The translations under genes and the position numbers were made by a program. Positions 9,492-21,381 of a stretch of DNA of 47,339 bases are shown here, piece by piece (position 1 is the stretch's first letter; each line of letters opens with the position of its first letter). Below the pieces are notes generated by a model that made no database searches, had not been told where the DNA came from, and was given only the letters and a program-made list of their open reading frames with translations. This DNA is from Priapulus caudatus (lineage: Eukaryota): the NCBI RefSeq assembly GCF_000485595.1, contig NW_014577063.1:392046-439384 (forward strand), read 5' to 3'.

Positions 9492-9957
9492 GGTGGGCAT
9501 ATGTTTCCATGAAACAGAGTATCCGCGTGACGTCAGTGTGGTTAGGGTTTTTGCATTTTTTATTTTTTATTTATTTATTTCGATAATTAACAAAGCATAC
9601 ATTACATCGATAACAGCATAAATAAAACAAAAATGCAGCTAGAAAATTATCGAGGATGAAAACACAAAAAGCGTGGCTAACACACTTATTTCCATTGTGG
9701 TCCAACATAACATTGTACATTCTATAAACTATAGCAAATATACCCACGATCCTTCCTTGCATCATTCCTTGAAAGTCCGGAAAGTCCGGAAAGTCTGCTG
9801 ATGCGGAAGTTAATATGCGTAGTATGGAATATGACCATGTGCAACCACCAGCACCATCAGCAGGCTGTATGCATTAAACTTCGGAGATAGCCGAGTTCGT
9901 GCGTGACGTGTACTGATGTCACGCGGATACTCTGTTTCATGGAAACATGTGCCGACC
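9492..9957. mobile_element. Mutator(MULE)-like non-autonomous element upstream of U2
   Basis: ~45-bp TIR GGTGGGCATATGTTTCCATGAAACAGAGTATCCGCGTGACGTCAG with an inverted copy ending at 9957; 9-bp TSD AAACTAAAA (9483-9491, 9958-9966); internally deleted copy at ~8670-8897. Confidence 0.85.
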
Positions 9958-10211
9958 AAACTAAAAGCGTGTATAGCGCCATCTACCGTCACAAATTGTG
10001 ATACATAATATACTATTATTAGACTATAGGCCGTACACTACAAATGCATTCAAATATTGACTTTTGTGGTCCCCTCCTTGGCAGAACATGAAACATTGTT
10101 TAAAGTGTAGCTAATATGATGCCAATCACTATTCCAACTTATCCCACTCGCGCAACATGCACACTTACCCACAATTCTTGCTCATATCAGGAGTGTATAA
10201 TATAAAAACTT

Positions 10212-11440
10212 CTTGCTATTACCCGTCCTCCAGCCGGGTTTGCATGAGTGGGGTCTGATTTGAGGATGACGGTTTAACCATTTATCTCTCACTTTTAGTT
10301 GAGGATGTATTTACAGTAAATACTGATATGTAGACTCGATCGAGTCATATATCAATATTTGTTTAAAAAAATTGTATCTAAATATATATAAAATCTAAAA
10401 TTTTAAGTTAAAATTACATACAATTTTTCCAAAAAAGAGAAATGGGGTGATTTCATAGTACAATTTCACTTATATAGATATTATTTTTGAAAATATTCTG
10501 GTACGAAGCATCATTAATAAGACAAATTCTTTAAAAAAAGCAAAATGCATTGAGTAGTTTTGAAGATATATGTTCTTGCAAGTCAGTGGACGGCGGCGGG
10601 CAGGGTTACACCTCCCGTTGTCAAATATTTGCACACACGCATCACACACACGCGCGCACGCACGCACACACCGCATTCACACACACACGGGCATGCGCAG
10701 GCATAGCTCTAGTACTATAGCCCGCTTACATTGACTGCCGCTGGCACAATCACACGCGCACCCACGCACACACATACCAATTTACACACACACATACACG
10801 CACATGCACACGCACATGCACACGCACACACACGCATACATACATACCCCCGCACGCACACGAAATTTCACTATCAGAAACACCTGGGATTGTGACAATA
10901 ACACAGTATTTTCAATGGCTCCGTGGGCGCAGTCATGTTGGAGTCCTTAGCAACAACATATGTACAAACATAGCGTAGTACGGCTCTTTCGATTGGATTA
11001 TTTACTTCGCTCTTACCGCATGCGTTGCAACGCGGGACCTAATTGGACAATTCTCCGTCATTTTACTACGCGTTGTCGGTGAATATTATAATAAGCTGAA
11101 TTTCCTAATTTTCCCGCAAAATTACTAAAAACCTTGCATGCGGGCCTCAGACGTGGGATAAGATGAAAATCGTTGTTTCATATTTTCCCCTTTATTTACA
11201 AAAGATGTTCTGCCGGGGAGGGAATCACAAGATTGAAAGAATTACGGACAGGACGGCCTATAGTCTAATACGCGCGCACGCACGCACACACCGCATTCAC
11301 ACACATACGGCCATGCGCACGCACAATCACACGCGCACCCACGCACACACATACCACATTTACACACACACGGGCGCGCACACACATACACGCACACGCA
11401 CACGCGCATGCACACGCCCGCACACGCATACATACTGACT
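10212..11440 (-). mobile_element. Helitron-like element (copy 2, decayed 3' terminus) with CA-rich repeats; right boundary uncertain
   Basis: 10215-10446 is near-identical to 4029-4250 with the hairpin kept but CTAG replaced by CAAG; duplicated CA-rich blocks at ~10650-10860 and ~11270-11433. Confidence 0.55.
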
Positions 11441-11876
11441 CCGGGATGAGATTTTTCGGCGGATCCGCGGAAATCGGCGGATTTGACAGTCGCAGGGGTT
11501 AATTTTGTGAAACGTGAAATTCGTTGAGAAAATTGGGGGGGGGGTAAGAATGTAAAAATTGAAATTATACCTTGAACAGTACCTGACAGTAGACTGCCAG
11601 CGAAGTCAACAGCGGGTGTTACAGATAGCCAGCGTGTACCGCGCCTGCCGCTAGTGCGTACGATGTAAGTCCGTCATGGCAAGCAGCGGTGCCGATTGAT
11701 GTACGCGGGCGATCGATTGTTTCATGTCTATGGCGCGAAGCGATGTCGTGTGTGGAGCATGTTTATGACTGCGTAGGAGTGACGGGCGCCTGGGAGAGGC
11801 TGGATAGCCAATGTTAAATATGCAGCGACTAACGTAAACCTGTTGCACGCTTACACTAATATTTATATATATATAT

Positions 11877-11919
11877 CAGGAGTAGAGGTTAGGGAGGGAT
11901 AATTCCCTATTATCTACTC

Positions 11920-11922
<3 letters not shown>
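11877..11922. mobile_element. 46-bp TIR remnant inside (TA)n
   Basis: CAGGAGTAGA...CCCTATTATCTACTCCTG; TIR resembles that of 32471-32580. Confidence 0.7.
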
Positions 11923-11971
<49 letters not shown>

Positions 11972-12016
11972 CTGAATGACGCTAGCAACAGGTTTACGTT
12001 AGTCGCTGCATATAAC

Positions 12017-12277
12017 ATTGGAGTAATCATTCTGACTGATGATACGGTACGTGTGTTACATGGTGCGGTTCCGATGATACGGTGTGTTACATGGTGCGGT
12101 TCCGATGATACGGTGTGTTACATGGTGCGGTTCCGATGATACGGTGTGTTACATGGTGCGGTTCCGATGATACGGTGTGTTACATGGTGCGGTTCCGATG
12201 ATACGGTGTGTTACATGGTGCGGTTCCGATGATACGGAGTGTCAGACTGATGTCTGATTCAGAATGATTACTCCAAG
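12017..12277. mobile_element. MITE carrying a 31-bp tandem array (x ~6.3)
   Basis: TIR TTGGAGTAATCATTCTGA / TCAGAATGATTACTCCAA; 7-bp TSD ATATAAC (12010-12016, 12278-12284); unit GATGATACGGTGTGTTACATGGTGCGGTTCC. Confidence 0.8.
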
Positions 12278-12639
12278 ATATAACGTAAATATCAGTTGAC
12301 GTACGTGCTGGGCTTTAATTGCCGGGGTAACTTTACATGTGGTTCTCATGCAGAACATCGTAGGAGTGAGTACCTTGCGTATAACACAGAGGGAATTATG
12401 ATTAACGGTTTTATGTTTTAAGTAGAAGATAAATAAATATATCGATGAGATCATATATTGTAATCATGCTGTCAGAAAAATCGGATTGATGTACCTATAT
12501 AATTTTTCCCGCCGTATTATTCGAATTACTTAGAAATTGACTGCTCATGGAAATGTCATTAACCCATCCAAATGTATACGATATATGCTACACGGTATGT
12601 TGATTAACACTTGATGAGTAGGCCTACTACAATTGATTA

Positions 12640-12975
12640 TGCAGAGCATGCGGAGCGGGTTTAGGGACTCCACACAAAGCATTGTGAGGGGTTCCAGAAC
12701 ATGAGGAATGGGATTCAGGGGTTCCAGAACATGGGGAGGGGGATTCTGGGGTTCCAGAACATGGGGAGGGAGATTCGGGGGTTCCAGGACATGGGGAGGG
12801 GGATTAGCGGTTCCATGCAGAGTATGTGGGAGGTGGGTTACGGGTTCTACACAGAGTATGGGGAGATGGTTCAGAGGTCCCACAGAGTACGGGGAGCGGG
12901 TCTTAAGGGTTCTAGAAAGGGTATGTGGAGGGAGTTTAGGGGCTCCAAACGGTATGAAAAGGGTGGTTCAGGGAT
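12640..12975. repeat. G-rich ~30-bp minisatellite
   Basis: GGGGTTCCAGAACATGGGGAGGGGGATTCT x4 plus degenerate copies. Confidence 0.8.
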
Positions 12976-13673
12976 AGTATTATAGATTATGATAGTATTT
13001 ATATTCTGTGTGTAATTTTGGAGTCTGTGGAGTCTCTGTTGGTCTCTTTTGGAACGGAAGAAAATTTATATATAGACATTGATATAAAAATCGATCACGT
13101 TTAGCACATGAGATATAAGGAGTAGTGGCTTTTATATAGCTGCCATGTTTAATATCAAAGATCACCACCAGAGCTGGTTTGACTCAAATAGTTACATAAC
13201 TTTTTTGATTCAGATGTAAACGTTTCCGAAATTCTACAATCCTACAAAATATTTTAATGAAACATTTAATAATTCGGACACAGTAGACATGACTAACATT
13301 TTCAATGGTTATCAACGTATTTTTAATAATAATATATAATCAAAATTAGTGGACAATAACAACCTTTATAAACCTTCAATTAACAAATACTTTCACTACT
13401 TTCACAATAGAACTTTCGCAATATATCAATATCAGCATTTGAACTGTCAACGCTGTATAGCAACTGTTTTGAACTAAGGTTCATGGTGCAGTCATCATTT
13501 ATAGAAACTGGTGGTTGTTTTATGACATGGTTTTGATAGAAATAGTGAACAGGTACTTTCTATAGTTATGTAGGTGTAAACCTTTACAAAATATGAATTG
13601 ATAAAGTACGAAAATCGAATTGGTGGTGCATGCTGGGACTAGAAACGTTGACAAGGTACGCACCAACTACTAG

Positions 13674-13709
13674 CATGAACATATGTATACTAGTATACAT
13701 ATGTTCATT
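13674..13709. mobile_element. 36-bp palindromic insertion (transposon footprint)
   Basis: CATGAACATATGTATAC-TA-GTATACATATGTTCATT; perfect 34-bp palindrome at 13675-13708; near-TSD CTACTAG/CTACTAC. Confidence 0.7.
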
Positions 13710-14777
13710 CTACTACTTTCACCAATCACCATTGATTATGCAATGTGGGGGCAAATACGTTTTATCATAGTTTAAAGACTTACAATAGTTGCACACTTTT
13801 ATTTTCTACACTTACTTCCCTTGCCTAAATTTTATAAAATTATTTACAGTGGGCAAATACATGCATCAGACCGTGACACAAATCAGCCTAGTTCGTTGAA
13901 TTGTAAATCAATAACTGTATATTATACTCTCAAAACCTAACTGTGCGGTACGACAATTTGCATTCATGATGGAAATAGTGTACGAACGAAACCACTGATG
14001 CAGTTTCTTTGGTCACTTTAACCTTCGTGTGATTCACCCATCCAGCTGTCACCAGCCAGATAATACAAATCAGTTGCATATTATAAGTTGACACCAAACG
14101 CACTCTATCTTCAGCATAAGTTATCGATAGCAGATCATATTTTAACATACGTCAGGTTCTTCAGCAAATATTGTTACATAAAGAAGACATACCAGAGCGT
14201 GCAAGAAATTAACCCCATTAAAATTCCAATGGTGTCGAAAGAGGTGCAAATATACAAAATTATCTAAAAATGTAGTCAATATTTAATGATCTAATTTCAC
14301 AATTTCATGATTTGGCAAAAAATAAACAATCATACAGAGACACCAGTTCGCGTTTGAGAGGGTCTTAGAGAGATTACTCGCAACGATCTGGAAATGCTTT
14401 AAAACAAGCAGCTAGGCTGGTAATGAGAAAGGCTATCACTTTCCTATAGGAACCATACTTTTCTTCATCTCTTAATTGGCATTACCAGTCAATGGTTCCC
14501 TTGCAGTTATTTACAGTAGGATTAATTAAAGAATGCTGCAACGGGCAACATCTCTATTATTTAAGTTACCAAATGTTTTTTTGTCCAAATTCATCCCGTA
14601 GCAGACATTAAATTATCGCAATCTGGCTGCAGTTATGTAGACACTACCGCACACCGGTCACTGATGCAACTAGGAACATTAAACGCCTACATCAGGCCCA
14701 TATCATTGATGTTTACCTGCAGTGTAGTGCCCACTGACCTATGATTTAAAATAAATAACTTGAATATTTCAAGTCTA

Positions 14778-14883
14778 TCAGAATATATCAGGGCAGCCTG
14801 ACCAATCCCTGTCCCAGTAGCATCTCTCTGTGGGCAGCCAATCTGGGACACCAGTGTGTGGGTTGGGTCCTTCTTTAAACCAT
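14778..14883 (-). CDS. OSBPL1A: OSBP-related protein (ORP1/2-like), last coding exon
   Basis: WFKEGPNPHTGVPDWLPTERCYWDRDWSGCPDIF*; typical ORP C-terminus; ttgcag acceptor. Confidence 0.92.
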
Positions 14884-15302
14884 CTGCAAAAGGATAACAT
14901 CTTCTCATAATAAATCAAATACAAAAGCTCCCTTACTTGTGACACCTATTTTGTATGTGAGGCTCATAGGCCCTACACAGATGCACAATGTAACACATAC
15001 TTAGATGATATGACTTGTAACCCAGTCCTGCGGCCACACCATTATTACAACAACCCCACAACTGTTTAGCCTACACACAAAATCATTTCAATTAAATGTG
15101 CACGAGGTAAGTGCCCGATTGTACCGAACATATAGATTTTAACAATATTCCAACCTGGTTTAGTTTGCTAATCGGAAAATAACTAACTCGGCTAGGCTCA
15201 ATTATTATCACTTACTGTGCATACGAGACAACGTAGCTTTAGCTAAAGAGCACAGATTACCTAGTTGCTGATTTACTCATAAATTGGAAGGATGTATCAT
15301 AC

Positions 15303-15393
15303 CTATTGCACCAAACTTCCTTATTACTATGCATAAGCTTTCTTGTTGCTCTTTGTTTTTCCTCCAAAATCAATTTATTATCAGCAGCGCCAT
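15303..15393 (-). CDS. OSBPL1A: OSBP-related protein exon
   Basis: (D)GAADNKLILEEKQRATRKLMHSNKEVWCN(R); LEEKQR motif; AG/GT, phase 1 to 2. Confidence 0.92.
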
Positions 15394-15544
15394 CTGAAAC
15401 AAAATTAATTTGATTAGTTTGAAATTCGAATTACATGCTTTTGTTTCCTAACAGTTGTTTTTACTTTTTCCCTTAGTAAGATTATACTAATTAGGCTATG
15501 AAAATACTAGACCTGTTCATTTTAGGCATGGGTATAGCTTAGCA

Positions 15545-15707
15545 CAATGCTTCTTAAACTGGTAAATGGTTCACCCAACGGTAAATGAAGTTATTTTGCG
15601 GTGAATGAAACTAGACCAAAAACGAAAGGAAATTTAATCGCAGGTGAATGAAATTTCGTGATAAAGACTCAAGGGTGAACAACACTGAAATAGTTTAAGA
15701 AGCACTG
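15545..15707. mobile_element. hAT-like MITE
   Basis: TIR CAATGCTTCTTAAACT / AGTTTAAGAAGCACTG; near 8-bp TSD GCTTAGCA/GCTTAAAA. Confidence 0.7.
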
Positions 15708-15715
15708 GCTTAAAA

Positions 15716-16380
15716 AATATTATTGCAAACTGAAAGACAACTATTGAGAAGACAAGCAAAAGTGATCGTGCGTAGGACTTGCAACGCACCGATGTCATTG
15801 GTATAACTTTGGTATGACATGGGTATAACTTAAAGAACATGATTGCAAACTGAAAGACAACTATTGAGAAGACAAGCAAAAGTGAGCGTGCATAGGACAT
15901 GCGATGCACCGAAGTCATTGGCATATAACTTTGGTATGTCATTGGTATAACTTGGGTATGTCATTGGTATAACTTTGGTATGTCATTGGTATGACATGGG
16001 TATAACTTAAAGAACCTGATTGCAAACTGAAAAACAACTATTGAGAAGACAAGCAAAAGTGAGCGTGCGTAGAACAAGCAAAAGTGAATGCGCATAGGAC
16101 AAGCAAAAGGGAGCGTGCGTAGAATAAGCAAAAGGGAGTGTGCGCGGGACAAGCAGATGGGAGCGTGCGTAGAATAAGCAAAAGGGAGCGTGCGCGGGAC
16201 AAGCAGAAGTGAGCGTGCGTAGAATAAGCAAAAGGGAGCGTGCGCGGGACAAGCAAAAGAGAGCATGCATAGAACCAGCAAAAGTGAATGCGCGTAGGAC
16301 AAGCAAAAGGGAGCGTGCACGGGATAAGCAGATGGGAGCGTGCGTAGAATAAGCAAAAGGGAGCGTGCGCGGGACATGTA
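15716..16380. repeat. Composite intronic tandem repeat (~120-bp and ~25-bp units)
   Basis: ATTGCAAACTGAAAGACAACTATTGAGAAGACAAGCAAAAGTGA x3; AAGCAAAAGGGAGCGTGCGTAGAAT-like unit more than 10 times. Confidence 0.85.
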
Positions 16381-16386
16381 ACGCAC

Positions 16387-16510
16387 CGATGTCACCGTGC
16401 TCGAGTCGGCGTACGTCGTCGCGTAGCCGCGAGTCTGTCTGTGGAAGCTTCGCCCTCATCTCGTCCGTGAACTCATTCAGCGTCAGAGCAAACTCACTGA
16501 ACAGATAAGC
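16387..16510 (-). CDS. OSBPL1A: OSBP-related protein exon
   Basis: AYLFSEFALTLNEFTDEMRAKLPQTDSRLRDDVRRLEHGDI; LPxTDSRLR motif; phase 0 to 1. Confidence 0.93.
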
Positions 16511-17203
16511 CTGCAATAGAAACCAGCAATGCGTTTCTGTCAACGCTATTCTCGTAACGTCAACATTAACATTAAGTGCTGTTGTCGCATTATCATTAGC
16601 ATTAACTTTACGATGTTTCTGATAATGGCCATTAGGTTAAGCAGAAAACAAATTCAATTGGATCAAGCCAAACCATTATTTTTATACGGCGTGTGTGTCA
16701 ACCACTGACAGTTGGGGGGTTGGCCTGTTACTAGCTATGGTATGCTACAGCAGTTGGTCTGCACTGGGTCTTTCCTATCCAAGCACACTTTAGCAGGGAT
16801 AAGACTTGCACCAACTGCAAACTACATTCCCTGCTGAAACATGCAAAGTGACTGTACAATGAAGCTCTGTTGCAGGCCAGGCATTCCCTCTAGTACTCTA
16901 TGGACATTCAACTCTACTCACGATGACTCAATTTTTCATGTAGAAAGCATAAATCTTATCTAATGTAATAATAGAACATGAACTGTGTGTGCTAAGTGGC
17001 AAATCAGAAACAGTATACAGATGTCAATATTTTCATCACTTAGTGTCATGCAAATCCATTAATCAACTAATCCGAAGAACAGATGTTTGATACTTATATC
17101 ACAATTCTACATGAATATCGAACCAAAATCTACGATAAGAAACTAGCAATTTTAGGTACCGCATGATATTTTCGCAAAACAATTCGTGTAGATCAATATT
17201 TAC

Positions 17204-17311
17204 CTGCTCTGCATTTGGAGGCAGTGGATCCCGTCTCCATAGCAACTTTGCATTGGGGCACTGTGGAATGTCGGCTATCTGGCTATCTGACTCATCACTA
17301 TATTTCGAGTG
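17204..17311 (-). CDS. OSBPL1A: OSBP-related protein exon
   Basis: HSKYSDESDSQIADIPQCPNAKLLWRRDPLPPNAEQ; LLWR..P.PPN motif; phase 0 to 0. Confidence 0.85.
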
Positions 17312-17523
17312 CTAGAGCGTAAAGGAAATACGTGGAAATTATTAAAAACAGAAATTTGACTAACCTACATGATAACTTGGAGGCAGCATCACATGTGGCA
17401 GCATGACTTTTTTACGGATTAAATAAATATGAAAGTAATGCAAAAGTTGACATATGATGTATGATGTAAAGCCATGAGTTTTATAGTAAATCATCAATCA
17501 GTTCATAATTTAATAATTTTGTT

Positions 17524-17560
<37 letters not shown>

Positions 17561-18828
17561 TAAGTTTTCATGGAGGATTACGGGCAAACGTGACTTTTAA
17601 CACGAATAACGAATACATACTCGATGAGAATCTTTCTTCTTCGAATTATAAGATTCGTATGTTTTCACATCGGCACTGTACAGCGCACTCGTCCACTTGC
17701 CAAAGAGTGCAACCCTCTTTTCTTTTCTGCAAAGCAAACATACTTATCTATCAGTATTATACGAAGCACCGGGCCGTTGTAGTTTACGCTGGTCGGTGCC
17801 GGTCGGTAATAGCCGGCTCTGGTGTTGGCCAACCAGCACGCAGCTTTAAATAACATCCTTCTGACCGGCACAAAAATGACCAGGTTTGTGTAAAATTACC
17901 TTCAAAATAGTGAGCAATGTACAAATAATTACAACTGATACACTTAGATTGAATTTAAAATACAACTCTGAGTTTAATCTCAACAATAATTATGCGTAAT
18001 ATCGTCATCTGATCACATCGTACAGCGCACAGTACATGCAGTGTGGCTGGCTAAGCACCATGTTGCTATTATAATAATTTATGCATATGACACAATCACT
18101 GATATTAGCCGGCACTAAAATTGTCCTGGCTACAACCCTGATACCAACTATAATATGAATGACATACTTGTATTCGCAGAGATTTCCCAAGCATGCTACT
18201 TACTGATGACAATAATATAAATGAGGATGATATGATGACAAAAATAATAATAAAAATGTTGTGCTAATAATGAATATTGTGGTATGCACATTGAAGACAG
18301 AAGGGAAACACCGAAAACACACCGTTAGAAGTAACTAGGCGTAGCTGAGACGACTGCAACTTTCCAATCTAATTAAGGACCACGACTTCCTCTCGCTTCT
18401 GCTATTCTAAGTTCGTTTTCATTGCCAATGCAGCTGCCGCTTGAACTCTACTTCACCCGTGCTTCCCAAGTTTAGCAATTAGCTCTACCGCGTAGAGTCT
18501 ACGCGATGCAGTGAATCCCCACTGCTCATTGTAGCTCAGCTATAGGCAGATATTGATCGGCCATTCTCGCCACTACAGATACACGCGATGGCGGCACTAC
18601 GCACGCACGCACGCAGCTCAGACAACAGCTACTACTTCACTCAAATCTATGCTAAACCACACGCTTTTTTCTCCGAAAACCTCCAAACATTCTATTGATT
18701 ATAAATTTTTTTATGGCGTATTGATCATGGGTGGCTTCCGATGGCTTGTTAAAATGTCTAACAGGCACCGACAGCCCACAGGCAACCCGCGGTTAGCTCA
18801 TAAACAGCACGCAAGTAGTCCACATTTA

Positions 18829-19070
18829 GGCTGGGAGCGTCTATGTCCCCCAGGGTACTGCCGGAACTTAACCTGGTACCAGAGCATAATAATAAATCAA
18901 CGTGATTTATATGCTCTGCTGGTACTATCTAATATGCCGGACCGTACCTCGCCTACTCCACTAACGAGTCTAGAGAGTCGCCTACGCTTACTCCCTAACC
19001 CTAACCATATATCAGATAGTTACCAGGGTACGTTCCGGCAGTACCCTGGGGTACATAGACCCTATGAGCC
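18829..19070. mobile_element. MITE with internal CCTAAC repeats
   Basis: TIR GTCTATGTCCCCCAGGGTACTGCCGGAAC / GTTCCGGCAGTACCCTGGGGTACATAGAC; interior related to 45103-45282. Confidence 0.75.
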
Positions 19071-20106
19071 ATATAGGCTGTTCATAGAAACAAGTGAGAG
19101 GATTTGTTGTAGCTGCAGTCATGGCTTCTTCTAACATGGGCATAGCCGACAGAAATATAGAATATAATATATGGATAAAAATATAGAATGAGCAGTGGAG
19201 GTTTTCACAATTTGCTCAGTCGATTTTTTGTAATGTTTAATTTTCTACCTTGCATAGACTAGATTTAATGACATAGCCCTGCAATGAGGGATACAACAAA
19301 GCCATCTGTATTCGAGATACGTTATTGTATCTGGGCATGAAATTGCTCAAGGAATGTTATTATTACACATACGTTAATAATAGTGTTTATTTCACATTTC
19401 AAAACAAGAGATTGTATCTCAGAACATTTCTGACCCATATAAACTGAACGCCTTCAAAACTCCTACCTCNNNNNNNNNNTCTCTCTCTCTCTCTCGCTCT
19501 CTCTCTTTGTCATCATACTTTTACTTAATGATCATGAACGTGAAGGACATTTATTCTCTTGATGTTTTGATCGAGACCCTAAAATGTTTGCTAAACCTAA
19601 GCTTTAGATTCTTTCATGGCTGTGAGTAAGAAGAGGAGCTCTTCCTTGAATTACGAACCAGACAGCATATGTGGTCAGTGTTTTAAAACATCAAATGAAA
19701 ACAAAAACGAATAGTCAAGTCACTCTTAACCACACGGTTGATATGCAAGCCGCTATCGCAGGTGGTACAACAGTCGGACATTTGAAGATTACAGGTTCTA
19801 CAACTTATTTCAAGCTTATTCAACTTTATTCAAATTTCAGTCTAATCTCACAAATTATCCAGTAAGGATGTCTTTGCATGCTTATACACATAAGCCTACG
19901 ATTAGCTGGGTAATTTATACATACAGTGGGTCCAGAAGTGCCTAAACAAATACTTCCACTCCATAAACAAATGGATGATTAATTGTCAACTACACCAGCT
20001 ATGAGTCACATCCATGTCAGTAAGTACCCTACCTTATTTACTTGCGTTATCATATACAGTAATATACATACAGTACATATAGTATATATATAGTTAACAT
20101 ATATAC

Positions 20107-20182
20107 CTTGCCAATACATTGCTTGAGGAATGTCCACACACTAAAGTTATTTCTTGATATGGCTGGTGCCGGTAGTTTTTTC
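20107..20182 (-). CDS. OSBPL1A: OSBP-related protein exon (ORD N-terminal lid), out of expected order
   Basis: (R)KKLPAPAISRNNFSVWTFLKQCIGK; ttttgcag acceptor and gtatat donor; phase 2 to 0. Confidence 0.85.
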
Positions 20183-20319
20183 CTGCAAAACATCCAATTA
20201 AGAAAAGTTGCTGAAATAAAGATCCCCTTCTCCATTTTGTTCAACGTTTTTTTTTTATAGAATTACTTGTAATACGACATAGGACAATAGTAATGACAAC
20301 AATAATCATTATAAATGAA

Positions 20320-21211
20320 AGTGTCAGTGACACTGTAGCTCACCTTGGGTGTGATAGAAGAGGGAGGGGGGATATATAAAGCAAGAGTATAATGGGAAAA
20401 CTCCCATTATATAGCATATCTCCCATTATAATTATACTCTTGATAATGATATATGCATAAGTTTTGATGCGAAAATAAATGTTTCAGATCTGAAAGTCTG
20501 AAATCTTGACGAGAGATGGCGCTACGCCAAAATGATCGCCATTTTGGTTTTCGAATATCGCGCAAATAAAAACAATAAAATATTCCAGTCAAATTAGTGT
20601 AACAAAAAATCTAAAACACAATATTACACGTATATAGGTATGATTGTAGAGTTGTGGACCAGTTAGACAAAATAAACGTAATGGGGCGTTGTCGTCTCTC
20701 CCATAGGAGTAACAACTGTTTTGGGGCTAGCCTTACACATTCACATACCAAAATTTAACAAAATCGAATGAACTTAGATGGCCAATTTCAATTTTGATAA
20801 AAAGTGGGCGTGGCTCGAAAGTAGGTCGACTGGCGTGCTCCAAAATAGGAAGTTCAAATCTCTCCTATAGGCGTAACAACTGCATGCAATTTGAAACATG
20901 TGGGTCAAACGGTTCTTGAGTTATCGTTGACCATATGCAGACACTGAAATGCATAGTGAAATTGCCAAAAATCTACCTAATTTGCATAATTAAAAAAAAA
21001 TCAAAACCTGTGTGATATGTTTTGGGGCCAGTCCTCATTCATTCACATGCCAGAAATGAGCAAAATCCATTGAGCCTGAACTGACTTATGGCCATTTCCT
21101 CCACGGTTCCTGAGTTATCGTTGACCGTAGCCAAATGTTGACGGACGGACGTACGTACGACGGACGACGACCCATGGCAATAGCTCAGCTTGACGATGTC
21201 AAGGTGAGCTA

Positions 21212-21212
<1 letters not shown>
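20320..21212. mobile_element. Helentron-associated (HINE/DINE-1-like) non-autonomous element; left boundary approximate
   Basis: Subterminal IR AGCTCACCTTG / CAAGGTGAGCT, (GACG)n tract, terminal stem-loop, ends AGCTAA. Confidence 0.65.
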
Positions 21213-21247
<35 letters not shown>

Positions 21248-21349
21248 TTCATGATGATGACAATAATATAAATGAGGATGATATGATGACAAAAATAATA
21301 ATAAAAATGTTGTGCTAATAATGAATATTGTGGTATGCACATTGAAGAC

Positions 21350-21381
<32 letters not shown>

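Noticed and set aside
12038..12238. 31-bp repeats resembling a CRISPR array
   Set aside because: Units are head-to-tail with no unique spacers, no cas genes are present, the context is eukaryotic, and the array lies within MITE TIRs
15634..16395. Repetitive ORFs of 102-178 aa
   Set aside because: Products of the intronic minisatellite; only 16387-16510 is a supported exon
18553..19134. 193-aa plus-strand ORF
   Set aside because: Runs through a MITE (18829-19070) and has no recognisable homology
19900..19970. FMEWKYLFRHFWTHCMY as the missing ORP LYGKWTECLY-type exon
   Set aside because: Weak resemblance, followed by an in-frame stop, with no suitable splice sites
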